DNA of 64,000 bases. It comes from an uncultured Acidobacteriota bacterium (GTDB lineage Bacteria > Acidobacteriota > Terriglobia > Acidiferrales > UBA7541). Location of the stretch: positions 777,436 to 841,435 of the forward strand of contig CAWECV010000002.1 in the NCBI GenBank assembly GCA_963807765.1, in the 5' to 3' direction. The notes beneath the pieces are model-generated. The model worked only from the letters and a program-made list of their open reading frames with translations, was not told the DNA's origin and did no database searches. The position numbers and the translations under genes were made by a program. Below are positions 19,046 through 28,125 of the stretch, piece by piece. Position 1 is the stretch's first letter. Each line of letters begins with the position of its first letter.

Positions 19046-20155
19046 TTAGTGGTGCGGAAGATGCGGCGTCAGCTTCGTGACCAGGAACTCTTCAAATAGA
19101 TTGCTTACTGCGTTTTCGCCAATCCCAACCAGTGTATTTTCGAACGTCAAGTCCACTCCGCGATTTTCCGGCGGGTAGTAAAGATTTGAAATCCCGCCGG
19201 ATGCGAGCCCTCCGAGAATCGCTGAATAATTTGGCTGCCATTTTCCGTTGTCGCCTTTGCAGATCACCGCGTTGGCGAGGGCATACATAGCCCGCGATCG
19301 CGTGCTTCCTTTGCCCTTGTAAAAATAGCGCGGGTCTTGTTTCAAGAGCGTCGGCAGAAGGTCGGCTCCGATGAATGTGCTGGTTGTGAGATCCGCGTAA
19401 GACGCGCCGTAGCGCTTCGCATATCCCTCCGCGCCTCCTCCATATTCGCCGAACTCGCCTCCCGCCTGTTCGAGCCCGGCGACCGCCCCGGTGAACCCAA
19501 ACGTGACGGGATCCAGAGTTGACTTCCAGGCCAGCTCGAATTTCTGCTTCGGACTAAGAGGCTCCGGATGAGGATCGTAAGTGACGTAGAAATTGGGAAT
19601 CAACCCCAGCACGCGCTGATGCTCTTCCACTTTGATTTGCTCTTCAGCGATCTCGGTTCGCGGGACGGCCACTACCACATTCGTCACCGCCGTGGCGACA
19701 GCCAGTTCGATCGCCGGGACAACGCAATATTCGCCCGGATGCAAAGTTCCAGAATAAGTCTGAGGCGCGAAACTCGCGGATGTAACCGTCAATTGGAACG
19801 GGCCCGGCGAGATGTTGTCAAACGAGAATTCCCCGTCGTCGCCTGAAAGCACTTCGCGATTTTGCGCCGGGTTCGAGCTCGTCAGCTTCACGTGGGCCCC
19901 GGCCACGGCTGCCCCCGTTCCATCAACAATCGTTCCGTTGATGTTTCCCAGCATTTGATCCGGCGATAGCCCGCCGCTCGCTGACGGTGATGGAAGGTCG
20001 GGCGCGGGCATTTGCGCCCAAGCGTAGGCTGGAAACACGAAAAGCAGGATGCTCAGCCCTAGCCAGACGAAGCCCTCACCGCTGAAAGGCGAGCGCCGGA
20101 CTCTCCCGCGGAGACCTTTCCCTGATAATTCTGTCCAGGCAGAAATCATTTGCAT
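19046..20155 (-). CDS. secreted protein with carboxypeptidase-regulatory-like (CarboxypepD_reg) N-terminal domain
   Basis: Signal peptide (..LLFVFPAYAWAQ), then INGTIVDGTGAAVAGAHVKLTS..FSFDNISPGPFQLTV, typical of the CarboxypepD_reg fold. The C-terminal part is unassigned. Confidence 0.65.
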   Translation of the reverse strand: MQMISAWTELSGKGLRGRVRRSPFSGEGFVWLGLSILLFVFPAYAWAQMPAPDLPSPSASGGLSPDQMLGNINGTIVDGTGAAVAGAHVKLTSSNPAQNREVLSGDDGEFSFDNISPGPFQLTVTSASFAPQTYSGTLHPGEYCVVPAIELAVATAVTNVVVAVPRTEIAEEQIKVEEHQRVLGLIPNFYVTYDPHPEPLSPKQKFELAWKSTLDPVTFGFTGAVAGLEQAGGEFGEYGGGAEGYAKRYGASYADLTTSTFIGADLLPTLLKQDPRYFYKGKGSTRSRAMYALANAVICKGDNGKWQPNYSAILGGLASGGISNLYYPPENRGVDLTFENTLVGIGENAVSNLFEEFLVTKLTPHLPHH

Positions 20156-20307
20156 TGCTTCCGGCGCTGTCCGCTCGCTACCAATAATGTTGGAACGAAT
20201 TTGGCGTCTTGAGGTTGTCCGATACGCCGGGCGGCATCCTTGGAGTTACTACCGCTTTCTGTCGGAAGATTTCCCGCTCGCGCGCATCGGCACGCGCAAA
20301 TCGTCTG

Positions 20308-20316
20308 TGTTAGAAT
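20308..20316 (+). promoter_or_regulatory. extended -10-like element TGTTAGAAT, 10 nt upstream of the ATG at 20327
   Basis: Read directly. No convincing -35. It would give a very short or absent leader. Confidence 0.3.
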
Positions 20317-20326
20317 CAGTTTTCCC

Positions 20327-20725
20327 ATGAAACGAATCAGCGAATTTCTTGCACCCGCGCTCCGTCGCGCGACCTCGCAGCGTTCTTCCTTCGCTTGGCT
20401 CGCCGGTACCTGGCCTGCCATTGTCGGCAAGCGCCTCGCCGGCCACACGCGCCCATCCAAGATCGCAAATGGCGTCCTCGAAATCGCCGTCAGCGGCAAG
20501 GAATGGCGCGCTGGCCTCGAAGATGCTGCCGGTGAATTTCGCACTCGCGTCAACGAAGCTTGGGGCGGCTCATTCATCCGTGAAGTGCGCTTCGCGGAAG
20601 ACCGCAAGGGGCGCCCGCGGCTGCGCCACGAACACGATAACGAACACACGCCGTTCGTGCGCGCGCGCAAAATCTCCGCGCAGCCTCGCTCTCCTTCTGC
20701 TCCCGACGGAGGCCGCCCCAAATGA
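20327..20725 (+). CDS. DUF721-like small protein
   Basis: The MKRISEFLAP.. start is chosen within ORF 20240..20725. The sequence (WLAGTWPAIVGKRLAGHTRPSKIANGVLEIAV..) resembles DUF721 proteins. The stop overlaps the gatC start (ATGA). Confidence 0.55.
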   Translation: MKRISEFLAPALRRATSQRSSFAWLAGTWPAIVGKRLAGHTRPSKIANGVLEIAVSGKEWRAGLEDAAGEFRTRVNEAWGGSFIREVRFAEDRKGRPRLRHEHDNEHTPFVRARKISAQPRSPSAPDGGRPK

Positions 20726-21027
20726 AGATTTCGCGCGAAGAAGTTCTCCGCGTCGCCGAACTTGCTCATCTCGAGCTCTCCCCGACCGAGGCCGAAACCT
20801 ATCGCGGCCAGCTCGATTCGATCCTCGAATACGTCGACAAGCTCAACGCCCTCGATCTCTCCGGCGTTGATCCCATGGCCCAGGTTCTTTTCGCCGCGGA
20901 GTCAACCGGCGAGACGCCCATGCGCGAAGACCTCGTCCAACCTTGCGACGTTGGCCAAGCGATCCTCGATCAAGCTCCCAATGCCCGGAAGCCCTACTTC
21001 CGCGTCCCCAGGGTCATCGACCGATGA
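20722..21027 (+). CDS. gatC: Asp-tRNA(Asn)/Glu-tRNA(Gln) amidotransferase subunit C
   Basis: 101 aa, with MKISREEVLRVAELAHLELSPTEAE..LDSILEYVDKL typical of GatC. Confidence 0.9.
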   Translation: MKISREEVLRVAELAHLELSPTEAETYRGQLDSILEYVDKLNALDLSGVDPMAQVLFAAESTGETPMREDLVQPCDVGQAILDQAPNARKPYFRVPRVIDR

Positions 21028-22469
21028 GCACGCAGGCCACTTGGACGGTTGCATCCATCCGCGATGCGCTGACGGCCAGAAAAATATCCGCGCGCGAACT
21101 CACCGACGACTATTTCTCAAGAATTGACCACTACAATCCGGGCCTGAACGCCTTTTTAACGCTCTCAAAAGACAGGTCTTACGCTCAGGCCAATAGGATA
21201 GACGCACTGGTCGCCCGGGGCGTTTCCCTGCCACGTCTCGCGGGAGTTCCGCTCGCCGTAAAGGATGTCCTTAGCACCGCCGGCGTCCGCACCACCTGCG
21301 GCTCGAAGATTCTCGAGACCTACGTTCCGCCTTACGACGCTACGGCCGTTGAGCGCCTCGAAGCTGCGGGTGCCGTCATTCTCGGCAAGACCAACTGCGA
21401 CGAATTTGCCATGGGCAGCTCGAACGAAAACTCGGCCTACGGACCCGTTCAAAACCCCGCGGCGCCGGGACGCGTACCCGGCGGTTCGAGCGGCGGCTCG
21501 GCCGCTGCTGTGGCTGCTGGACTCGCGGTAATATCGCTCGGCACCGACACGGGCGGTTCGATTCGCCAGCCCGGCGCCTGCTGTGGAATTCCGGCCATGA
21601 TGCCGACCTACGGCCGCGTTTCGCGATACGGCCTGATCGCGTTTGCGTCCTCGCTCGACCGCATCGGGCCTTTTGCCAAGACCGTGCCCGACATCGCCGA
21701 AGTCTTTTCCGTGATTGCCGGATGGGATCCGAACGATTCGACGTGCGCAAACGTCCCCCGCCCGGACTACGCCGCCGATCTCGGCAAGCCCATTGCGGGA
21801 ATGCGCATTGGAGTTCCGGAGGAATATTTCGCGGCCGGTCTCGATGACGACATACGTAGGAAGATTGAACTGGGAATCGAACTGCTCGAAAAAATCGGCT
21901 GCGAGCGCGTGTCAATTCGCCTTCCTCACACCGAATACGCGATCGCAACCTACTACATCATCGCCACCGCTGAAGCCAGTTCGAATCTGGCCCGCTACGA
22001 CGGCGTGCGCTACGGCTTGCGCAGCGATGCCTCGACGCTCACCGAGATGTACCGCAAGACTCGCCACAATGGCTTCGGCGCCGAGGTGAAACGCCGCATC
22101 ATGCTCGGCACCTACGCGCTTTCATCGGGCTACTACGATGCCTATTATTTGCGCGCGCAAAAAGTCCGCTCGCTCGTCGCGCGAGATTTTTCCGAGGCGT
22201 TCCAAAACGTTGACGCGATCATCACTCCCACTTCACCGGTCCCGGCATTCAAACTCGGCGAGCGCACTGCTGATCCATTGCAGATGTATCTTGCTGATAT
22301 ATATACAGTTACTGGATCGTTGGCGGGCTTGACGGGGATCAGCGTGCCCTGCGGCGTGACCTCCGAAAACCTGCCGATCGGAATGCAGATTCTCGGCCCT
22401 CATTTCAGCGAAGGGCGCGTTCTTCAAATCGCTCACGCTTTCGAACAGGCTGGCGGTTTTACGGTCTGA
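21024..22469 (+). CDS. gatA: Asp-tRNA(Asn)/Glu-tRNA(Gln) amidotransferase subunit A
   Basis: Amidase signature GGSSGGSAAAVAAG. The ATG at 21024 overlaps the gatC stop (ATGA). The ORF-track start at 20943 would overlap gatC. Confidence 0.95.
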   Translation: MSTQATWTVASIRDALTARKISARELTDDYFSRIDHYNPGLNAFLTLSKDRSYAQANRIDALVARGVSLPRLAGVPLAVKDVLSTAGVRTTCGSKILETYVPPYDATAVERLEAAGAVILGKTNCDEFAMGSSNENSAYGPVQNPAAPGRVPGGSSGGSAAAVAAGLAVISLGTDTGGSIRQPGACCGIPAMMPTYGRVSRYGLIAFASSLDRIGPFAKTVPDIAEVFSVIAGWDPNDSTCANVPRPDYAADLGKPIAGMRIGVPEEYFAAGLDDDIRRKIELGIELLEKIGCERVSIRLPHTEYAIATYYIIATAEASSNLARYDGVRYGLRSDASTLTEMYRKTRHNGFGAEVKRRIMLGTYALSSGYYDAYYLRAQKVRSLVARDFSEAFQNVDAIITPTSPVPAFKLGERTADPLQMYLADIYTVTGSLAGLTGISVPCGVTSENLPIGMQILGPHFSEGRVLQIAHAFEQAGGFTV

Positions 22470-22483
22470 GCACGGCTGAATTC

Positions 22484-23002
22484 GTGAGAGACATCGATCC
22501 CATCCTGCAACTCCTCGCCTCTTCACGCGCGCGTTTTCTCGCGACGCTCAATACGGTTCCCGAGAATCGCTGGCGGCAAAACTCTCGACCCGGCGCCTGG
22601 TCCGCCGCCGAACTCGCGGCCCACGTCACCATGGTTGAACGCTCCGTAAACAAGAATGCGCTCCGTATTCTGGGCGCGGCTCCCGCATCGGTGCCGTTTC
22701 TCAGGCGAATTCACCTTCCCGTTTGGATTTCGAGCTATCGCTTGTTCAAGATCAAATCGCCGTTTCAAATGAGGCAGGAACTTCTCGGAGATAAACCCAA
22801 ACACCTCGAATTGCTCGCCGACTCTCGCAGATTGACCATCGATTTTCTCGAGGGCAACCGCCAGCGGGATCTGACTGCATATCGCGCTGCGCATCCGTTG
22901 CTCGGCTGCATCAATCTCTACGATTGGTATAAGTTCATCGCGTACCACGAGGAACGGCACCGGAAACAATTACGCGATGTTGTAGAATCGTTCCGAATCT
23001 AG
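22484..23002 (+). CDS. DinB-superfamily protein
   Basis: 172 aa with the four-helix DinB_2-like pattern (..WSAAELAAHVTMVE.. and C-terminal ..YHEERHRKQL). GTG start. Confidence 0.7.
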   Translation: MRDIDPILQLLASSRARFLATLNTVPENRWRQNSRPGAWSAAELAAHVTMVERSVNKNALRILGAAPASVPFLRRIHLPVWISSYRLFKIKSPFQMRQELLGDKPKHLELLADSRRLTIDFLEGNRQRDLTAYRAAHPLLGCINLYDWYKFIAYHEERHRKQLRDVVESFRI

Positions 23003-23117
23003 ACAATTTTTTCCATTCCGATACACATTTTTCATCTCCCTGCATTCCTTCCCGCCGACTATAAAAGCGCGAAAAACCGGCTCTTTTGCCGTGTTTCGAA
23101 TGATTCAGCACTCTAAA

Positions 23118-23193
23118 GTTCTATGCCCGGTAGAACGGTCGTTCTATTGCAAGGAAATTTATGCAGCGTCTACCATGCATTTTGCATCGTAGA
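23118..23193. repeat. cluster of short palindromes upstream of small ORF 23215: GTTCTA-N7-TAGAAC-N4-GTTCTA and TCTACCATGCA-TTT-TGCATCGTAGA
   Basis: Read directly at 23118-23146 and 23169-23193. Confidence 0.5.
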
Positions 23194-23214
23194 GGAACGT
23201 AGAGAGGCCCAGCC

Positions 23215-23433
23215 ATGCTGACGATCAGGTCGAGCCAAAAGCTGTTCACTGAAGACGAGGTTTGCGGTCTCACCGGAATCTGCGCGGACCACCTTCGGAA
23301 CTTTGCCCGCAGCCGCCACTTGGGCTTCATTGCGCGGGCCGCGGAAGCTGCTGGCGCAGAAGCGGATAAGTGGCTTTTCACGAACTCCGATTTGCTGGTT
23401 CTCGCGGTCCTTGTTGAGCGCTGCGACCACTAA
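23215..23433 (+). CDS. hypothetical small protein (72 aa), possibly HTH-like
   Basis: The ATG is preceded by AGAGAGG 8 nt upstream. The segment FTEDEVCGLTGICADHLRNFARSRHLG looks like a short HTH. No family recognised. Confidence 0.4.
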   Translation: MLTIRSSQKLFTEDEVCGLTGICADHLRNFARSRHLGFIARAAEAAGAEADKWLFTNSDLLVLAVLVERCDH

Positions 23434-23614
23434 ACTTTCTCGGACGAACACCACCTGAAATTTCGTCTCCCTCCTGGCCGCCGAGTTGGCGCCCTTTTTT
23501 TTCTCGACTCCATTTGCTGCCGTGGCGACGCGGAGCTATCCTGTGTCTTCGCGGCCATACTTCCACCGCGTTTGCGCATCCCAATCTTGGACGGGCAAGG
23601 AACTCCAGACGGCC

Positions 23615-24538
23615 ATGGGCCAGCATCAAGATCGCAGGTTCGCGCGGCTAGCGAGGTGGTTGTGCCTGCTCGCTCTGGCGGCGGCCGTCGTTTTGACCGC
23701 CCAGGCAGGCCCGCAATCTCAAACTCCTCCGGCCCAAAATCAGACCGATTCCAAATCCGACGCTTACCTCGCGCGCGGTAAGAAGCTTTACCTGAAGGAT
23801 GGGTCGTTCCATCTCGTTCGCGAGTACAAAATCGAAGGCGATCGCGTGCGCTACTACAGCGTCGAGCGCTCGGCGTGGGAGGAAGTTCCGAGCGATCTGG
23901 TCGATTGGGACGCGACGCACAAAGCGGAAGTGGCGCAAACGCAGGAAAATGCCGCGCTGGTAGCGAAAGTCCACAATGACGACGAGGTGGCTCGCAACGC
24001 CGTCATGGTCGACGTGGACGCGAGCGTCGAAGTCGCCCCGGGGACATTTCTACCCGAAGGCGAAGGCTTGTTCCTGCTTGATCACTCCGACGTGAAGCTG
24101 CTGAAGCAGGCCGATACGGACATCACCTTCGATAAGGGCCAGATCCTCAAACAAGTTCTGATTCCGATTCCAATCGTTCCGACGCGCCACACAGTTGCGC
24201 TTCCCGGGACTCGCGCGAAACTTCGGCTCACCAACAACCAGCCCGAGTTCTACCGCCGAAGACCCGACGGCCATGAGCCTGAGATCTATCTAATTCCAGC
24301 CACGGTGCGCAACGGCAAACGGCAAATCGAAAAAATCGATACGCTCTTTGACATGGAGGTCGCCAAGCGCAACTCCATCTCCATCGAAAAATGGGAATTG
24401 GTGAAGGGCGTTTACCGCATTACGCTTTCTCAGACGCTTCCGCCGGGCGAGTACGCGTTCGCCGAAGTGGCCAAGCCGGATGATCAGGCGCTTTACGTCT
24501 GGGATTTTGGCGTGGACGCGGCTCCCTCCAAAAAATAG
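23615..24538 (+). CDS. hypothetical secreted protein
   Basis: Internal ATG at 23615 gives MGQHQDRRFARLARWLCLLALAAAVVLTAQAG (signal peptide). No family recognised. Confidence 0.65.
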   Translation: MGQHQDRRFARLARWLCLLALAAAVVLTAQAGPQSQTPPAQNQTDSKSDAYLARGKKLYLKDGSFHLVREYKIEGDRVRYYSVERSAWEEVPSDLVDWDATHKAEVAQTQENAALVAKVHNDDEVARNAVMVDVDASVEVAPGTFLPEGEGLFLLDHSDVKLLKQADTDITFDKGQILKQVLIPIPIVPTRHTVALPGTRAKLRLTNNQPEFYRRRPDGHEPEIYLIPATVRNGKRQIEKIDTLFDMEVAKRNSISIEKWELVKGVYRITLSQTLPPGEYAFAEVAKPDDQALYVWDFGVDAAPSKK

Positions 24539-24696
24539 ATGCAACCCTGAATCCGCACCCGCAATCACATTAACGAGCGCCTAGCCCCAGAAGGATCGCG
24601 CACCCCGTCGCGATGCCGCCCGTACTGGCTTGACTACTTCAGGCGTCCCACGCGAGGAGTTGTCCGCATCCGCTGCGGCGCAACTCGCTGAACACT

Positions 24697-24906
24697 ATGA
24701 GAGAAGACTCATCCAAGCGCACTCACGTTTGTCCGAACTGCGGAAGCCAAGACGTCCGTCGCTCCACTCGTCACGGAATTGTGGAAAGTATCGTGTTCCG
24801 GGTCGTTTTTGTGGGCCCTTACCGGTGCAAGTCCTGCGACAAGAGATTTTTCGATCGAAGGATCGGCTCCGCGATACCAGCGTCCCAGAGTCAGAACGCC
24901 GCGTGA
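24697..24906 (+). CDS. small zinc-ribbon protein (69 aa)
   Basis: CPNCG..36..CKSC arrangement. Preferred over the overlapping 94-aa frame 24630..24914, which has an Arg/Ser-rich composition. Confidence 0.45.
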   Translation: MREDSSKRTHVCPNCGSQDVRRSTRHGIVESIVFRVVFVGPYRCKSCDKRFFDRRIGSAIPASQSQNAA

Positions 24907-24929
24907 CCGACTGAATTTGGACTGGTCGG

Positions 24930-27512
24930 CTAGGCGGACTTTACGGGCTGGGCTTCCAACACTTCGGTGAGAATGGCGGCGAGGCCGGAAAGCTGGAATG
25001 GTTTCTGAATCGCGCGGGCTCCGAGAGAGCGGTAGCGATCCATCGCGGCGGAATCAAGCATGTCGCCGGTCATGAAAACGAATCGCGCGGGGCTCGAACC
25101 GCGGCTGTGCAGCCGCGCGAACAATTCCTCGCCGTTCAGTCCCGGCAAATTGTAGTCGCACAGCACAACATCAAACTGGCGCATCGCCAGAATGGCCAGA
25201 GCCTCTTCGCACGAAGCGACCGTTTCCACCGCCATGCCGCGCGCGCCAAGCCCTTCGGACACCAGCTCGCGGATGCCGTCCTCGTCGTCCACCACCAAAA
25301 GCGAATGCCCCTGCAAACCGGGAATCACCTGCTTGGTTTGAGCCGAAACCGTTGAGGTGCCGCTGACCCCCGGCGCGAGCGTCATGGAGGCCGCAACCGG
25401 AAGAATCATCTTGATTGAGGCGCCGCGGCCCGGCACGGAGTGCGCTTCGAGCGTTCCGCCGTGCTCGCGGATGATGGCCATTGAAATCGTCAAACCGAGG
25501 CCCGTGCCGCCGCCGGGACGCTTCGTGGTAAAGAAGGGATCGAACACCCGGCCAAGGATTTCCGGCGGAATTCCTGGGCCATCGTCATCAATGGAAACCA
25601 CGACATTCCCTTCGAGCCGGATAGCGGTGATCTGAATCTTGCCGTGATCGCGGACCGCCGATATGGCCTGCTCGGCATTCACAACCACGTTCAGCAGAAC
25701 CTGCAAAAGGAGGCTTGGGTCGCCCTGGACCGGCGGCAAATCGGGCGTCGGTTGGAATTCGAGCGCGATGTGCTTTTTGTTGAGGGTGACGCCATGAAGC
25801 TGAAGCAAGCGTTCGACGAGCTGGTCGACGTGCACCGGCGTGCGTCCCGGCGCGGCCCGGCGCGAAAACGCCAGAAGGCTCTGTACGATGTCCGCGGCGC
25901 GGCGAGCCTGCTGCCGGACGAGTTCGGTCTGGCGGCGCGTGGAATCATCGGTGGCGCGTTCGCGCAGAAGGTCGGAAACGCCGAGGATGGCCGTGAGCGG
26001 ATTATTCAACTCGTGCGCCACTCCAGCGAGCATCTGGCCCATGGCCGCGAATTTTTCGGCCTGGATGAGTTGTTCCTGGAATTGCCTCTCGTCGGTAACG
26101 TCGCGCGCGGATGCAACCACGCCGCTGGTTTGCCCGTCGGCGCCCATCAATGGACTGGCGGTGACGCGCACCATCCGCCAGCTCCCCTTGGCATGGCGAA
26201 CGCGATATTCAAAGCGGGCGAAACGCGAGGCTCCGCTGACCAGATTCCGGAACTCCTGCTGCAGGTGCTCGATATCTTCAGGATGGGCTCGCGTCCCGAT
26301 CGTCTCTCCGATCAGCTCGGACGGAGGTACGCCAATGAGTTCTTCGCAGCGCGGGCTGATGAAAGTGAATTTGCCGGTGGCGTCCAGCGCGACGATCATA
26401 TCCGGGAAGCACTCGACCAGGCGGCGGCCGAATTCCTGCTCCTGCAGCAGGCGCCGCTCGATTTCGACGCGCTCGGTGATATCGACGAGCGTGCCTTGAA
26501 TCCTCGAGATCTTTCCCGCGCCATCGCGGATCGCCGAGCAGGAATCGATGCAGCGAATTTTCTTGCCGTCTTTTCGAACCAGCGTGACTTCGAAGTTCCG
26601 CACCGTGCCGGTTTTTTCTAATTCGTTGATCTTCCAGGACCGGATCTGAGGATCGTCGTAGAAGGCGGACTTGTTGAGCAGCATGACTTCCTCTTTGTGG
26701 TCGTATCCCAGCATGCGAACCAGAGCTGGATTGCATTCGAGGAGCTTGCCTGCGGCCGTGCTGAAATACACGCCTTCCTGAAGCGATTCGAAAAGTTCGG
26801 TGAAGCGCAGCTCGGATTCGCGTTGCGAGGTGACGTCGCGGGCCACGCCGCTGATGGCGACCACGTCCTCGCTTTTGAGAATGGGCTGAAGCACCGTATC
26901 AAAGTAGCGGATGCTGCCGGTCTTCTTGATCCGGGCCTTGATGATGCCGGTCCAGGATTTCTTCTCCAGCAGAACCGGAACGATGCTTTGCGCCATCTCT
27001 TTCGTCGGCTCCGAGAAAAACTCGGCGAACGAATGGCGGACGACGTCGTTGAAAGATACATTCAGAATATCGGTGAATCGGCGATTGACCACTTTGATTT
27101 CGCCGCTGAGAGACGCGTTGAAAACAATGTGATCGAGACTGTCGATCAGCTCGCGATAGCCATGCTGCGACCGCGCCACGATATCCAAAAGCTTTTCGAT
27201 CTGCTCATCGGAAGGGGGCTTCGACGCGCCTTCCTGAATCCCGCGCGCATAGCCGCGCAGCTCCACCATCTCGCGGCGCTGCCTCCAGACGTATACGCCG
27301 AAGAGCGCCACGAGAATCACCAGGCCGATCGGCAGCGCCTCGAGGCGCAACTTGCCGGAGTGAACCGACTCCCAGGACGACACACCCAGGCCAATTGCCA
27401 GAAGAATCAGAATGATGAAACTCGAGCGCCAAAGATTGCGCTCTCGCTGTTCCATCTTCTGCCAAACGGCGTCTTTGGCCACTTTTTGTGAGTCGTCTGG
27501 TTCGTGCGCCAT
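24930..27512 (-). CDS. hybrid sensor histidine kinase/response regulator with two N-terminal TM helices and multiple PAS domains
   Basis: H-box AGVAHELNNPLTAILG, ATPase G-box GGGTGLGLTIS, and C-terminal receiver (SLLVVDDEDGIREL..VLCDYNLPGLNG). Confidence 0.9.
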   Translation of the reverse strand: MAHEPDDSQKVAKDAVWQKMEQRERNLWRSSFIILILLAIGLGVSSWESVHSGKLRLEALPIGLVILVALFGVYVWRQRREMVELRGYARGIQEGASKPPSDEQIEKLLDIVARSQHGYRELIDSLDHIVFNASLSGEIKVVNRRFTDILNVSFNDVVRHSFAEFFSEPTKEMAQSIVPVLLEKKSWTGIIKARIKKTGSIRYFDTVLQPILKSEDVVAISGVARDVTSQRESELRFTELFESLQEGVYFSTAAGKLLECNPALVRMLGYDHKEEVMLLNKSAFYDDPQIRSWKINELEKTGTVRNFEVTLVRKDGKKIRCIDSCSAIRDGAGKISRIQGTLVDITERVEIERRLLQEQEFGRRLVECFPDMIVALDATGKFTFISPRCEELIGVPPSELIGETIGTRAHPEDIEHLQQEFRNLVSGASRFARFEYRVRHAKGSWRMVRVTASPLMGADGQTSGVVASARDVTDERQFQEQLIQAEKFAAMGQMLAGVAHELNNPLTAILGVSDLLRERATDDSTRRQTELVRQQARRAADIVQSLLAFSRRAAPGRTPVHVDQLVERLLQLHGVTLNKKHIALEFQPTPDLPPVQGDPSLLLQVLLNVVVNAEQAISAVRDHGKIQITAIRLEGNVVVSIDDDGPGIPPEILGRVFDPFFTTKRPGGGTGLGLTISMAIIREHGGTLEAHSVPGRGASIKMILPVAASMTLAPGVSGTSTVSAQTKQVIPGLQGHSLLVVDDEDGIRELVSEGLGARGMAVETVASCEEALAILAMRQFDVVLCDYNLPGLNGEELFARLHSRGSSPARFVFMTGDMLDSAAMDRYRSLGARAIQKPFQLSGLAAILTEVLEAQPVKSA

Positions 27513-27692
27513 GAACTGTTCTCGATCTCCCAGGGGTTATTTCGGAGATGCCGCTCGCCCGCTTTATAAAATCTTACGGGCAGGCCGAGGCCGGAGCAAA
27601 CTGAAAGCTCAGGCTGATTTCCAGTTGCACAACAGGACGGAGGCGGAAGCTGCCCGCTGCGCGTAATCGGGCTGTCGCGAGAGGGGCGATTT

Positions 27693-27775
27693 TGTCCCGA
27701 TTAGAAATGACCTCGAGTGATTGTTTTGTTGGAGTTGCGGCGATTTCTAATAATTCGGTGTCCCGATTAGAGATG
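27693..27775 (+). repeat. pair of 17-nt direct repeats TGTCCCGATTAGA(A/G)ATG (16/17 identical) spaced 66 nt, plus inverted partial copies
   Basis: Copies at 27693-27709 and 27759-27775. The inverted TAATCGGG at 27664-27671 and ATTTCTAAT at 27743-27751 are related. Confidence 0.6.
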
Positions 27776-28125
27776 CTGCCAAGTGCGACGGCGGCAGAGA
27801 ATGTTTGCTAAATCCGCGCGTTCGAGAACTCAGATTTAAGCCGCAGGAAAAGCCAAAGAGCGAAAAACAAGGTGCCGGGCTGAAGCCCGCCGCTACGAGT
27901 GCCGCGCGGACGTGCTCGGCGCGAGGATAGGCAGGAGATGAATGGGCGTTTCGTCGCATGGCAGTTCGCTCCTTTCTCGCGGCGGCCCGATTGGAGGGAC
28001 ATAGCCGCACTAACCTGCATAACACGCGGATCAGCACTCGGCAAGTGCGCGGCGTGTAAGTGGAGTTGGAAACGGCGGCCGGCGCGTTGACACGGCACAA
28101 GCATTCATATATCACGAAACGCAAA

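Noticed and set aside
24630-24914. 94-aa ORF overlapping the small zinc-ribbon ORF in another frame.
   Set aside because: It has an Arg/Ser/Pro-rich, low-information sequence. The alternative 69-aa frame has a clean CxxC..CxxC architecture.
27693-27775. Direct repeats here and at 51237..51315 as a possible mini-CRISPR array.
   Set aside because: There are only two copies per locus, the repeats are 14-17 nt (too short), no cas genes are present, and the spacers are non-unique AT-rich leader sequence.
27747-27959. 70-aa minus-strand ORF with a good AAGGAG-N9-ATG.
   Set aside because: Not called as a gene. Its composition is odd, it contains an internal hairpin plus T-tract, and it matches no recognisable family. 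It is kept only as a possibility inside finding 27513..28125.
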